From: a virus
Taxonomy: Duplodnaviria > Caudoviricetes
IMG/VR virus record: IMGVR_UViG_3300012346_000165
Location: 1 to 60,129 of that record
DNA length: 60,129 bases
Strand: one strand, 5' to 3'
The notes under the pieces were generated by a model. The model was not told the DNA's origin and did no database searches. It saw only the letters and a program-made list of their open reading frames with translations. Shown one piece after another: positions 28,334 through 38,881 of the stretch. The stretch's first letter is position 1. Every line of letters begins with the position of its first letter. A program made the translations under genes and the position numbers.

Positions 28334-31300
28334 ATGTTTCAAAATGAAGCATTAAAGAATCACCTAGAAACATCTTATACTGTTAAGTCTCAGTCTGCCA
28401 TTATTGCAGAGTGGAATATGAATATTCCTGGCAATGTTCAAAAACTAGGGAATTATAGATACAGAAAAGACTCAACAGCATACAGTGCCTTGCCCAATAT
28501 TTTTGATGTCAACGATGTTGGTAATTTTTATACCAATGCTACAGATGCCGATGTAACTGTTGAGGTTGGTTTTGAAGAAGATGAAACAACACCAGCCTTA
28601 TTTACATATAGAAAAAATAAAGAAAAGTTATATTATTCGCTTGAAGATTGCATCAAGCCTTTTAGACCACGCTCTGGAATTAACAAGGCATCATTTTTTA
28701 ATAGTCGATATTTTGCAAATACAGATAAAGACATGTTCCGCCGTCCAAGATACTATATGCCACATAGAGACGATGAGTTTAAGTATTGGAGATCATATCG
28801 CACAGAGACATACACATCTTTAAATGGCTCAATTGTAAGCACTGATCCAAATAAAGAATATGGAATATCTAAGATAAGTTCTGGTGGATATTTTTTTATT
28901 GATGATGCAGTTCCATTTGTTGTTTATAAAGAGTCAGTTCCAGCAAATAGAATTGTTGTCAAAGTTCAAACTAACGTAGGATCTGTGGACTCAGGAAGAC
29001 TTGTTACTTCAAAGGGATCATCAACCACAGACCCATTTTTTGGTGATGAGAATAAAACAACTCCAGTAATATTTGATGTGCAGTATCTTGCAGAAAATAA
29101 CAAGTGGATAAATGCAATCTCATTTAATAAAGAGTCCGTTAGAAGTGATGGTAGCCCAATATTTTCAAGTGATGGACACCTAAGCTTAAGTTATGGCCTA
29201 GAGGTTCCTGAAGCCTATAGAGACGTTTTCATCTTGGTGGGTACAATCAACAGCTACGAGTTGCTACCAGCCTCTGGCAGCCTAGGAGAAGCCTTTATGG
29301 TGGTACCTTCAGCGGGAGCTCGTGGAACTCTTTATATTCACGACGGCAATGAGTTTATATCATATACACCAAGATATACCTGGAGCATTAATCCTGATGC
29401 AGTATATCAAACTACACCATTTGTTACAGATGTGACAAATCCATCATCTTTTACAGACTCTGGAACACAGTATAAACTTTTTAGAGAGTTTGTATTCCTT
29501 AAAGGCTTGAGAGTGGTTGTAAAATCAATGAACAAGCCAAACATTCCTTTTGAGCTTATTGAGATGTCTCCAAGGCTAGAGGTTGATTTTTCTAGTAATA
29601 CAGATACATTTACAATTACAAAATCATTATCAGACCTTTCATCTTCCCCGCTGCCAGTAGGACAGGTAACTGCATCAACAGGATCCGTGGTTTTATTTGA
29701 TGAAACAGATGCTTTTAATCAAAATAATATTTGGAATGGGTCTTCTGGAAGTATTATTGCAAAGTATTTGGACAATAGCATAAAGTTTAAATTATTTGAA
29801 ACTATCATGAACGTAGATGGAAACAGTTACACTGTTCCTCTAAAAACTCTTTATTCTCAAGGGTTTCCAAAAGTTGATCAAGAAACAAGCTCAGTGTCAA
29901 TAGATTTAAGAGACTTGTACTTTTACTTTGAATCAGTAAAAGCTCCACAGCTTCTACTCACAGAGGTAAGTCTTGGCCAGGCAGTAGGAATATTATTAGA
30001 CTCTATTGGTTTTTCAAACTACACATTTAATAGATTAAGTGATGAGTCAGATCCAGTTATTCCATATTTCTTTGTTGCTCCTGAGCAAAATGTTGCAGAA
30101 GTTTTAAATCAGCTTGCTGTTGCAACTCAGACAGCAATGTTCTTTGACGAATACAATAACTTTATTGTTATGAGCAAAAATTATATGTTAGATGAAACTG
30201 GAGAACGTGCTGTTAATATGACCCTGTACGGCTCTCAGGACTCTAATATTGACGGCATTAATAAAAATGTTTATCCAGATAAGTTGTCTAATATTATTGA
30301 GATATCGTCACAAGACAAGAAGGTGTTAAATGCTGGAACTATTAACTATACTTCAAGATATATTCAAAGATCTTATGGGACACTAAAGCAGTCTCAGGTT
30401 ACTGATCAAGAAAAGACATGGATTTATAAGCCAGTTCTTCTTTGGGAAGTGTCTGGAACAGAAGCAACAAAAAGCTTAAATAATGAAAAGCAGCAAAAGT
30501 ATGTGCTTGGCGCTATGCCACTGAATAATAATCTGTCTTCTAATATACCTACTGTTGTTAATGGAGAGCTTAAGGACAACGTAATTGACTTTGGAGAAAA
30601 TGTTTACTACATTACAAGATTCCAAGGATACTTTTATGCTAATGCAGAAATTGTTAGGTACGATGCAGTGCAGTACTCAATATCCAATCAAGGTCTGGTT
30701 TGGATATCAAGCAATCTTGAATATCAAGATTATTTTTCAAAACTTCCATTTAGTGGAAAAATTTATCCAACAGGATTAGTCAGAATTTATTCTAAGCCAT
30801 ACTACGAGACAGTTGACTCAGTTCTTAAATTAAAAAATGGTCCAGTAGCAGAACATGGTCGTGGACAGTTTGGAACACCAATTGTTTCTCATAGCGCAGG
30901 ACTGGACTCAAATTGGACAAGCGATGACTATGTGCAAGGGTGCTACATGGCATCATTTTATTTATATTCTACAGCAGATACAACAACTCCACCAGTTGTA
31001 AATGGCAGTGCAGGAGTTTTGACATCAAAAGCAAAACAATCTAAAAGAAATGGAATTATTAAAAACCTTCTGTCTTCTGCATATCAAACAGAAACTGGTA
31101 TAAGCTCATTAAAAACCACACAGGCTGGAACAGTTCAATCGTCAGCACTTGTAATGACTGGGCCAACATTTACTTCAGCAGAAAACCCTAGAGATTTTAT
31201 TTCTTATGTTTGGAAAACAGTTAGTCGTGCTCAGTACAAGCAGTCACAGCTTGGCTCAATAAAAACATTGTCTTCTGGTCTTGGGCCTATTGCTCCAGGA

Positions 31301-32830
31301 GAAGCTATTCCTTCGTCAGTAGGTGTCTCTGGTGGACCAATCAGCATTATGCCAATTGATCCATCTGACTCAGTATATAAGCACTTTGGGACTAGACTAA
31401 GAATTATTGGAAAGATTGATTCATCATCTGACAGAACTCAAAGTCCAGCAGGAGCTATGCCATATTACAGTATTGCTGGAGCAGACCCAACTCAGACAGT
31501 AACAATCGGTGGAGGATCTGCTGGAATATCAATTGTAAATCCAACAACAAACAATGGATATTACTTTGAAATTGCTACACTAACCAATACAGACTTAGAA
31601 GCATACTCTAATGGATCATCTGGAAACAACTTAAACCTGCATAATGTTCTTTTCTATAAAATTCAAAAAGATGCAACTTCTGATATAGCCATTCCAGTAA
31701 AGCTCTGGGGTGGAAATGCCAATATTCTTGTTGATGATGGAAACTTTACTGGGCAATATCGTTTTGTTGGAGAGGAAAATCCAACGGTATACGACTTGTC
31801 TATGGAGTATGTAGATGTTAACGATACAACTAGAGTATTCTACCTATACCTGAATCAAAAGCTTATTAATATTATTACAGACAATAATGCTTTAAAGCTT
31901 TCAGACACAGCAGTAGGACTCTTCACTAGAGGCACTACAAAAGCAATGTTTGAAAATATTTATGCACTAAGCAAGAACTATGCAGACAATTCAGTGTTTG
32001 ATATTAATACTCCAATAGCATCTGTTTTCGATGAGGACAACAAGCTAAATGCTTCTGAGGCTTTGTCAAAGTATGCTATAAGCGGTATGGTGCAAAAGAC
32101 ATATCTGTCTGGCATTAGTCCTTCGAGTACAAAGAGATATGACTTATTCTACGATGAGTTTGGAACAATCATGCGAGAGATGGCACACTTTAACATTAAA
32201 TATGATCGTGCCTACCCTGCTCTTTATGCAAACATTGCTCCAACATTTAATAGGATAAAAGGATACAGCATCTCTGGGTTTATGGCAACATCATATGGAG
32301 CTGAGTTCTTAATTTTTAATAATACAGACACCATGCTTAACCTGGATGAAACAACTGGAAATTACCTAAGAATTCTTGGAGTTGCATTTACACAAGATAC
32401 TACTAGAACTCTTACCGTAGATGATTACTTTAAAAAACGAGGGAATTTATCAGACATTGAGCTTCAAGGACAAACAGATGCAACATCTCCATACACAGTC
32501 TTACAAGACTACAATACTCTTAAAAACAGCATAATGAAATATGGAAAGAGTGAGTTTAGCCTAGAAAGCCCATATATCCAAGACACTGACACTGCTGAAG
32601 ACTTAATGGGATGGATCATTAATAAGAGTATCAGACCACGCAAGTCAGTTGGAGTTAAGATGTTCCCAAATCCTACTTTACAGCTTGGAGATATTGTAAC
32701 AATTAGTTATAAAACTAATAGTGATAATGATGTCATTTCTTCAGACTCAACAAGGTTTGTAGTATATAATATAGAATATTCTAAAAGCGTAGAGGGTCCA
32801 GAAATGACTGTCTACTTGAGCGAGGTATAA
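28334..32830 (+). CDS. Large tail tip / central hub protein
   Basis: 1498 aa; LNQLAVATQTAMFFDEYNNF hub motif; C-terminal NPTLQLGDIVTI. Confidence 0.7.
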   Translation: MFQNEALKNHLETSYTVKSQSAIIAEWNMNIPGNVQKLGNYRYRKDSTAYSALPNIFDVNDVGNFYTNATDADVTVEVGFEEDETTPALFTYRKNKEKLYYSLEDCIKPFRPRSGINKASFFNSRYFANTDKDMFRRPRYYMPHRDDEFKYWRSYRTETYTSLNGSIVSTDPNKEYGISKISSGGYFFIDDAVPFVVYKESVPANRIVVKVQTNVGSVDSGRLVTSKGSSTTDPFFGDENKTTPVIFDVQYLAENNKWINAISFNKESVRSDGSPIFSSDGHLSLSYGLEVPEAYRDVFILVGTINSYELLPASGSLGEAFMVVPSAGARGTLYIHDGNEFISYTPRYTWSINPDAVYQTTPFVTDVTNPSSFTDSGTQYKLFREFVFLKGLRVVVKSMNKPNIPFELIEMSPRLEVDFSSNTDTFTITKSLSDLSSSPLPVGQVTASTGSVVLFDETDAFNQNNIWNGSSGSIIAKYLDNSIKFKLFETIMNVDGNSYTVPLKTLYSQGFPKVDQETSSVSIDLRDLYFYFESVKAPQLLLTEVSLGQAVGILLDSIGFSNYTFNRLSDESDPVIPYFFVAPEQNVAEVLNQLAVATQTAMFFDEYNNFIVMSKNYMLDETGERAVNMTLYGSQDSNIDGINKNVYPDKLSNIIEISSQDKKVLNAGTINYTSRYIQRSYGTLKQSQVTDQEKTWIYKPVLLWEVSGTEATKSLNNEKQQKYVLGAMPLNNNLSSNIPTVVNGELKDNVIDFGENVYYITRFQGYFYANAEIVRYDAVQYSISNQGLVWISSNLEYQDYFSKLPFSGKIYPTGLVRIYSKPYYETVDSVLKLKNGPVAEHGRGQFGTPIVSHSAGLDSNWTSDDYVQGCYMASFYLYSTADTTTPPVVNGSAGVLTSKAKQSKRNGIIKNLLSSAYQTETGISSLKTTQAGTVQSSALVMTGPTFTSAENPRDFISYVWKTVSRAQYKQSQLGSIKTLSSGLGPIAPGEAIPSSVGVSGGPISIMPIDPSDSVYKHFGTRLRIIGKIDSSSDRTQSPAGAMPYYSIAGADPTQTVTIGGGSAGISIVNPTTNNGYYFEIATLTNTDLEAYSNGSSGNNLNLHNVLFYKIQKDATSDIAIPVKLWGGNANILVDDGNFTGQYRFVGEENPTVYDLSMEYVDVNDTTRVFYLYLNQKLINIITDNNALKLSDTAVGLFTRGTTKAMFENIYALSKNYADNSVFDINTPIASVFDEDNKLNASEALSKYAISGMVQKTYLSGISPSSTKRYDLFYDEFGTIMREMAHFNIKYDRAYPALYANIAPTFNRIKGYSISGFMATSYGAEFLIFNNTDTMLNLDETTGNYLRILGVAFTQDTTRTLTVDDYFKKRGNLSDIELQGQTDATSPYTVLQDYNTLKNSIMKYGKSEFSLESPYIQDTDTAEDLMGWIINKSIRPRKSVGVKMFPNPTLQLGDIVTISYKTNSDNDVISSDSTRFVVYNIEYSKSVEGPEMTVYLSEV

Positions 32831-32832
32831 TA

Positions 32833-33312
32833 ATGGTAAATCCTACACCAGTAACATGGTCTTCTAACTCTGGTATTATTTCAAATGGAATAAAGAGTGC
32901 AACTCCAGACTTAGTTCAATTTAATGATGATGACATTATCAATAATGCTGAGCTAATCACAGATCTTCTTTTTGAAAATATAGGTGGTCAAGAACTATTG
33001 ACTATTGCAAGACACGATACTGTTAATGGTCAGCAAGTCAAATACCAGCCAATCAAGAACCTTGAGCAATTGCAGCAGGATTATAATCCACTAAATATGC
33101 TTAGACTGCAGGGGACATACGATAAAACATTTAATAACTTTCCAATCAAGCTGGCTGACCGCATTCCTTTTGTTGGAAATGGTCCAGAAGGAGAGAATGT
33201 CTATCTTGATGCAAATGGAGCAATTGTAATAGACTTAGTAAACATATTGCCTGACGAGCAAGTTGATATTCAGATCACTTCAAGTGGTACAATATATGAG
33301 GCGAGTATATAA
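32833..33312 (+). CDS. Minor tail protein
   Basis: Synteny in the tail-tip operon. Confidence 0.5.
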   Translation: MVNPTPVTWSSNSGIISNGIKSATPDLVQFNDDDIINNAELITDLLFENIGGQELLTIARHDTVNGQQVKYQPIKNLEQLQQDYNPLNMLRLQGTYDKTFNNFPIKLADRIPFVGNGPEGENVYLDANGAIVIDLVNILPDEQVDIQITSSGTIYEASI

Positions 33313-35081
33313 TGATAACTAACAAAGGTAAAGAGATTATTGCGAAGTACCTACTAGGTACAGCACCAGGTTTTGCGTCCTATATAGCTGTTGGCTGCGG
33401 ACCTAAGCCTAGACCAAACATTTATCAAATCACAGGAGCTTCATCTTCTGGAACTACAGTTACCTGTGATTCTACAGAAGGTATCTGGATAGGTGCTGCG
33501 ATTTACGACATTCTATCTGGTGCTGGCAGCATTCCAGACAATACCCTGGTAACTGAAATCTTAAGCTCAACTCAATTTACACTAAGTGCAGCTCCAACGG
33601 TAGCACTTTCTGGAGCTACAATTCAGATTGAGGTTGATCATGAAAAGCAATGTCTAGATTTTGAGATGTTTAGAGTTCCAATTATTTCTAGAGGATATGT
33701 CAATGAAAACGGCACAGATAAAATTATCCTTACTGGAGAATTACCTGCAGAAGAAAGATATGAGATTTCTGAAATAGGAATATTTTCAGCAGGATCAAAC
33801 GTTAATGCTGGAACATACGACAGCAAGACCATCCTTGCTTTTGCAGAAAATGAAAACTGGCAATACTCAAATGGATCTTCATTAGTAACGCCAGAACGCA
33901 TTACATCAACACTTATTCCAGGTGGACTAAATATTATTACAACATCAGAAGATATTTTTCAAACATCTGCAGATAACCCAGCATTCTTAAATGCAACGAG
34001 ATCTGCTAGATATGAGGGTGCTAGATACCTCAACAACATGCTTGTTATGCGTGGCAACACATCTTTGGTTACTGGAACTCCAGGATCTTTTGTAGTTGCT
34101 GCAGATCCAAAGTATGTTCAAATATCTGGGCAAACATTTAATTTTAGTAAAAACTCTTCTGCAGATCTGCTCAAGATTGCATTTAGTTTGATCAACGTGT
34201 ATGGAAATGATACAGCTGTTCCAGACAATATTAATGTTGTTATTAAGTTTTCAAATAATGATGAAAGTCAATATGCTAAGTTCGAGGCACAGGTTAGCGA
34301 TTCTGTCCAGCAATTTGCAGATAACAGATATTTTGTAGCTTCAAGCAGATTTGATGATCTGGTCTATAGCTCAACATTCTCATGGGATGCTATGACAATT
34401 GCAAAAATTTATATTAGCGTAGCTGATACAGTTGCAGCCACAAACATAGCTGCTTCTGCAGGCAACGTTACATTAACCACAGCAGCACATGGAATACCAG
34501 TCAATGCAACAATCACTGGTGCTGTAAAGACTTCATATTCAACTACAAAGGATAAGATCACATACACAGCAACAAATACATTTGCCCCAGGCGATGTTGT
34601 TAATATTTCTGGAGTAACCTCTACTCCATCAGGATCATTCAATATTTCAAATGCCGTAGTTATTGATTCAACTACATCATACTTCGAAGTCCTGATCAAT
34701 AAAGATGCAGCGTCATACAGCTACACGTCTGGTGGCACTGCAATAATTGCAAAAACTCAAATCAAGTTTTCTCACGGTACTGCTAGCTATACTGGAACAC
34801 ACACTATAACATCAGTCCCATCAACAACAAGCTTAGTTTACTTTGTATCTGGAGCCAGCTTAACATCAACAGCGTTGTCTCCAAATGGAACTGTTGATAT
34901 TGCAAGACCAGAATATTTTGTTTCATTAGATGCTATTAGACTTGACAACGTAGCAACCATCAACCCTCTCTATGGAATGACTGGCTATTCTTTAATTCAA
35001 AATGAAGATGCTGTCACAGTCAAGAAGAATCCTAATACAAACAACTATATTGAATTTAGAGTAAATATCGGGGTACAGTAA
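33312..35081 (+). CDS. Minor tail / baseplate-like protein with inserted beta-repeat domains
   Basis: MITNKGKEIIAKYL...YIAVGCG, ISEIGIFSA motifs; Thr/Ser-rich repeats. Confidence 0.6.
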   Translation: MITNKGKEIIAKYLLGTAPGFASYIAVGCGPKPRPNIYQITGASSSGTTVTCDSTEGIWIGAAIYDILSGAGSIPDNTLVTEILSSTQFTLSAAPTVALSGATIQIEVDHEKQCLDFEMFRVPIISRGYVNENGTDKIILTGELPAEERYEISEIGIFSAGSNVNAGTYDSKTILAFAENENWQYSNGSSLVTPERITSTLIPGGLNIITTSEDIFQTSADNPAFLNATRSARYEGARYLNNMLVMRGNTSLVTGTPGSFVVAADPKYVQISGQTFNFSKNSSADLLKIAFSLINVYGNDTAVPDNINVVIKFSNNDESQYAKFEAQVSDSVQQFADNRYFVASSRFDDLVYSSTFSWDAMTIAKIYISVADTVAATNIAASAGNVTLTTAAHGIPVNATITGAVKTSYSTTKDKITYTATNTFAPGDVVNISGVTSTPSGSFNISNAVVIDSTTSYFEVLINKDAASYSYTSGGTAIIAKTQIKFSHGTASYTGTHTITSVPSTTSLVYFVSGASLTSTALSPNGTVDIARPEYFVSLDAIRLDNVATINPLYGMTGYSLIQNEDAVTVKKNPNTNNYIEFRVNIGVQ

Positions 35082-35635
35082 TGGCTGACAGTGGAATTAA
35101 AAAAGTTGTCATACCAAACAACGCCCTACCTCTTGTAAGCTATAACGACACTGAGCTTTACTATGACATTAGGTATAGAATTATTTCAGAAGACAAGAAC
35201 AGAACTTCGCACTGGTCTGAAATTAAAAGAATTGTAATGCCACCTACATCTGATGCAGATTTGCCATATACAACTACCCCAAGAATAAACTCTTACACAG
35301 TCAATACTGGTGGAGGAAACAAGGCTATTACCTCAACATGGACATATCCAGTATTGCCAGCAGAATTTAATGTTGACACATACAAGGCTGAGCTTGAAAG
35401 AAGATTTTCGCAAGTCACATTCTTTGATATTTTTATCAGGTGGAGCCCAGACTTATCTGGATCTGTTTGGAGTGACTGGAAGTATGAGACAACAATCTCT
35501 GCTAATACTTATAACATTCTTGCACAAACAAGTCCGTATGTAGCAAAGAGAGTTGAGATTGGAATACAAATTCCAACAGCTACTAGGGCCTATGAACCAC
35601 GTTTAGAGCTTTTTAACGTCGTTCATACGATATAA
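35081..35635 (+). CDS. Minor tail protein
   Basis: IRYRIISEDKNRTSHWS motif; synteny. Confidence 0.5.
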   Translation: MADSGIKKVVIPNNALPLVSYNDTELYYDIRYRIISEDKNRTSHWSEIKRIVMPPTSDADLPYTTTPRINSYTVNTGGGNKAITSTWTYPVLPAEFNVDTYKAELERRFSQVTFFDIFIRWSPDLSGSVWSDWKYETTISANTYNILAQTSPYVAKRVEIGIQIPTATRAYEPRLELFNVVHTI

Positions 35636-35643
35636 TAGATATT

Positions 35644-36087
35644 ATGGCAAAACTACCACTACCAGAACGAGGGCAACCACTTGATGTACCTTTTATATAT
35701 CAAGTCGTAAGCTCTTTAAATCAGCTCTCTGATCAAGTATCAAGTGCTACATATAACTATACTACTATTGATACAGCGTCAGCAGGAAAGCAGCAGATCA
35801 AAACATCTGAGGCAAGAATGATTGGTGGAAATATCAATGTTGTTAACAATTCTAATGTTGACAGTTCTAAGGCAGCTGGATTTACTTATACCTTCCCAGG
35901 TGACTTTAAGTACACACCAATTGTTACAGCTACTGCAGTCAACAACGGAAAGACGGCAGCTGGAGAAAACTTGTCTGTTATTTTAACTGATATTACACGC
36001 TCAAGCGTAACTGGCCTTGTAAGATTTAATTCTCCTGGTACAGCTACAGTTTCAGTTAACTTAGTTATTATCGGAATTCCAAACTAA
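35644..36087 (+). CDS. Putative minor tail protein, beta-sandwich C-terminus
   Basis: F.YTPIVTAT ... VNLVIIG; TATAAT 7 nt upstream (leaderless). Confidence 0.5.
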   Translation: MAKLPLPERGQPLDVPFIYQVVSSLNQLSDQVSSATYNYTTIDTASAGKQQIKTSEARMIGGNINVVNNSNVDSSKAAGFTYTFPGDFKYTPIVTATAVNNGKTAAGENLSVILTDITRSSVTGLVRFNSPGTATVSVNLVIIGIPN

Positions 36088-36095
36088 GGGGAATC

Positions 36096-36287
36096 ATGAT
36101 TAAATGTTTTAAATGCAATGGCAGAATGTTTGTCGATAGACAATATACATCTATCGGTCATATTGAAATTTTTTGTGTTTCTTGTGGAGATAGAAAGTTT
36201 TTTCATCCACCACAGGAAAGTAGCGAGGGCAGATGGATACTTCAAAAAGAAATTTCTCTAGCGAAGAATACAATAGTGAACCTGTAA
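36096..36287 (+). CDS. Small zinc-ribbon protein
   Basis: CxxC...CxxC; GGGG SD. Confidence 0.65.
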   Translation: MIKCFKCNGRMFVDRQYTSIGHIEIFCVSCGDRKFFHPPQESSEGRWILQKEISLAKNTIVNL

Positions 36288-36775
36288 TCCAGGGCAAGAA
36301 AACTGTTTGGTTTTTAAACGGGGATCTTGTAAAGGTTCATCACTATAATAGATCTAATGGTCTGATCACTGTGTACAATATAACACAGGATAGACTAGAA
36401 ACTTGTTTTATAAAAGATTTTAAACAAAATAGAGAAAAGGCCTACACTATGGGTGAGACTGCTAAGCTTGTTAATCGTCACAAGAAATATCTACCAAGCT
36501 TAATTAAACGAGGAGTCATTCCTCAGCCAGTAGGGGCTCAAAAAGGCGGGAAGAGAGAATGGCAAATAAGAGCATATTACTCAGAATCGCACATCAAAGA
36601 GATTCGTGATATACTTGCAAGTATACATATTGGACAGCCAAGAAAAGATGGTTTGATCACAAACAATATGACTCCCAATAAGCAGGAATTGACAAGGCGT
36701 ATGGGAGAAGGTATACTTACATATACAAGAACTGAAGATGGCAGATACATCCCAGTTTGGAACGAAAGCATATAA
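36233..36775 (+). CDS. MerR-like HTH DNA-binding protein
   Basis: YTMGETAKLVNRH...L...IKRGVIPQP...RAYYSESHI. Confidence 0.65.
   Translation: MDTSKRNFSSEEYNSEPVIQGKKTVWFLNGDLVKVHHYNRSNGLITVYNITQDRLETCFIKDFKQNREKAYTMGETAKLVNRHKKYLPSLIKRGVIPQPVGAQKGGKREWQIRAYYSESHIKEIRDILASIHIGQPRKDGLITNNMTPNKQELTRRMGEGILTYTRTEDGRYIPVWNESI
36689..36717 (+). promoter_or_regulatory. Consensus promoter for the replication operon, embedded in the upstream CDS
   Basis: TTGACA-17-TATACT. Confidence 0.75.
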
Positions 36776-36790
36776 TCCTTGGAGGGGACA

Positions 36791-37003
36791 ATGGCAGAAA
36801 ACAATGAAACAAAGGTATCAGTCACACTTGGCTATACATTAAATCTAGGAAACTTTCAATCTTTGAGGTTAGACCTCGGAGTTGTTGATTCAAAGCGTGA
36901 TGGTGAAAATACAGACCAGGCCTTTGAGCGTGTTTATAAGTTTGTTGAGGATAAGCTCACGTCTAAGATTCGTGAAGCTCAGGAAGAGGCAGCTGACAAC
37001 TAA
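36791..37003 (+). CDS. Conserved actinophage-type small protein (start revised)
   Basis: VTLGYTLNLGNFQSLRLD; GGAGG SD. Confidence 0.65.
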   Translation: MAENNETKVSVTLGYTLNLGNFQSLRLDLGVVDSKRDGENTDQAFERVYKFVEDKLTSKIREAQEEAADN

Positions 37004-37311
37004 TGGCAGAGCGCAAAGACCGTATGGCTTTGCTCAGCCGTTATAGTAAGTTACATACTGCAAGGTATGAGCAAAAGCCTTCTTTAAATCTAAATGTTGA
37101 ACAGTGGTCATCTGATGCACTCATCGAGTCATATGGTTTGCCAGAATGTTACAACCTTCTTGACTATTACTTTAAGGTTAGTCAAGCACCTAGCTGGAAC
37201 TACTTTGCATATAATGCAGAAAAGCTAGTCCAAGCAATCAAAGATAAAGAGCAGGATCAAAAAGAGAGAGCAGAACGTAGAGTTCTAGCAAGGAAGTGGT
37301 TAAGTGAATAA
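37003..37311 (+). CDS. Hypothetical protein upstream of the helicase
   Basis: Translationally coupled 102-aa ORF. Confidence 0.6.
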   Translation: MAERKDRMALLSRYSKLHTARYEQKPSLNLNVEQWSSDALIESYGLPECYNLLDYYFKVSQAPSWNYFAYNAEKLVQAIKDKEQDQKERAERRVLARKWLSE

Positions 37312-38524
37312 TTCAGAGGCTAAGGTATTATCAGCAGTCCTTGAAGATAAGCAGATGCATGTACTGTTACAGGCAAACGTAGACAATCTTCTTAGAACTC
37401 ATAATGACATATGGCAGTTTATTCGTAACTACTTTGAGCAGAATTCTACGACTCCTCCAGTCAGTCTCGTTGTTGATAAGTTTAGAGACTTTGAGCCAAT
37501 CAAGGATGTTGGTGCAACAAAGCATCACCTTGAAGAGTTACAGGTTGAGTATCTAAATGATAGCCTAAAGCATATTATTCGTTCTGCTGCAACAGAAGTT
37601 CAAAACGGTAATGGAACAGATGCATTAGCTAATATTATTACAAAGACTTCTGAGTTAAAGAAGAATACTGCAGCAATTAGAGATATTGATGCAACAGATC
37701 TTGAAGCAGCCATTTCATATTTTGAAAATGCTAAGAAGCAACAAGAGCTAGGCGTTATGGGTATTAAGACTGGACTTCCAGGATTTGATAACTATCTACC
37801 AGCAGGAATCATGCCAGGTCAGCTAGGTGTATTCCTTGCTTATCCAGGAATTGGAAAGTCATGGCTTGCTCTATACTTTGCAGTTCAAGCTTGGAAGCAG
37901 GGCAAGACTCCAATGATTATTTCTCTTGAAATGTCGGAGACAGAAGTTCGAAATCGTGTTCTAACAATTATGGGTGAAGGCCTATGGTCACACCGCAAGA
38001 TTAGCAATGGTGATATTGAGATTGATACCTTGCGAGCATGGCACAAGAGCAAGATTGAGGGACGACCTGAGTTCCATATTATTTCTAATGACTCTGGTGG
38101 AGAAATTACTCCATCTGTTATTCGTGGTAAGATTGATCAGTATAAGCCAGACTTCGTAGTAGTTGACTACTTGCAGCTAATGTCTCCAAATCAAAAGTCT
38201 GAGAGCGAAGTTGTTAAGATGAAGAATCTTTCACGAGAGCTAAAGCTCATGGCTTTGAGCGAAGAAGTACCTATTATCGGAATCTCATCAGCAACTCCAG
38301 ATGACTCAAATGATCTAAGCACTGTCCCTACGCTAAGCCAAACAGCTTGGTCAAGACAGATTGCCTACGATGCTGACTGGGTTATTGCACTTGGACGAGG
38401 TACAAATAGCGACATTATTGAGTGTGCATTCCGTAAGAACCGTAATGGATTTATGGGTGAGTTCCTAGTTCAGGCTGATTTTGACAAGGGATACTATCGT
38501 TATAAAGACTTTGAAGATAAGTAG
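37304..38524 (+). CDS. dnaB: DnaB-like replicative helicase
   Basis: AYPGIGKS Walker A, SLEMS, VVVDYLQL, SRELK, YDADWV, KNRNG. Confidence 0.93.
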   Translation: MNNSEAKVLSAVLEDKQMHVLLQANVDNLLRTHNDIWQFIRNYFEQNSTTPPVSLVVDKFRDFEPIKDVGATKHHLEELQVEYLNDSLKHIIRSAATEVQNGNGTDALANIITKTSELKKNTAAIRDIDATDLEAAISYFENAKKQQELGVMGIKTGLPGFDNYLPAGIMPGQLGVFLAYPGIGKSWLALYFAVQAWKQGKTPMIISLEMSETEVRNRVLTIMGEGLWSHRKISNGDIEIDTLRAWHKSKIEGRPEFHIISNDSGGEITPSVIRGKIDQYKPDFVVVDYLQLMSPNQKSESEVVKMKNLSRELKLMALSEEVPIIGISSATPDDSNDLSTVPTLSQTAWSRQIAYDADWVIALGRGTNSDIIECAFRKNRNGFMGEFLVQADFDKGYYRYKDFEDK

Positions 38525-38536
38525 TTATAATGTTAT

Positions 38537-38881
38537 GTGCCACAATTTCATCATAAGACGATTAAAAGATTTAGCTTAGATGGTCAAATCCATGATGAAT
38601 CAGCAGTCCCAAGACTAAAAAATGAATACGTAAGATTGTTGGCTTTACAGATGAAGGCAGAGGGATATGTCCCTAGGTTTGACATAGACCCTGACTTTAC
38701 TGTAGAATATGTAGAAGAAAAAGAAATATTTAAATTTGAATTGTCAGTATATGGCGTATATCTTGGAAAGAAGAGTAGCGAATGGATCGTAGGGGTAGAC
38801 GGATACAAACCGATACATACACAGCAGAGCAAGTCAAGCGAGTCCTCACAGGATCAGGAATCGACGTTGAGACAGAGCTAG
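38537..38881 (+). CDS. Hypothetical protein overlapping the primase start
   Basis: GTG start 5 nt after TATAAT (38526-38531); fills the helicase-primase gap. Confidence 0.65.
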   Translation: MPQFHHKTIKRFSLDGQIHDESAVPRLKNEYVRLLALQMKAEGYVPRFDIDPDFTVEYVEEKEIFKFELSVYGVYLGKKSSEWIVGVDGYKPIHTQQSKSSESSQDQESTLRQS

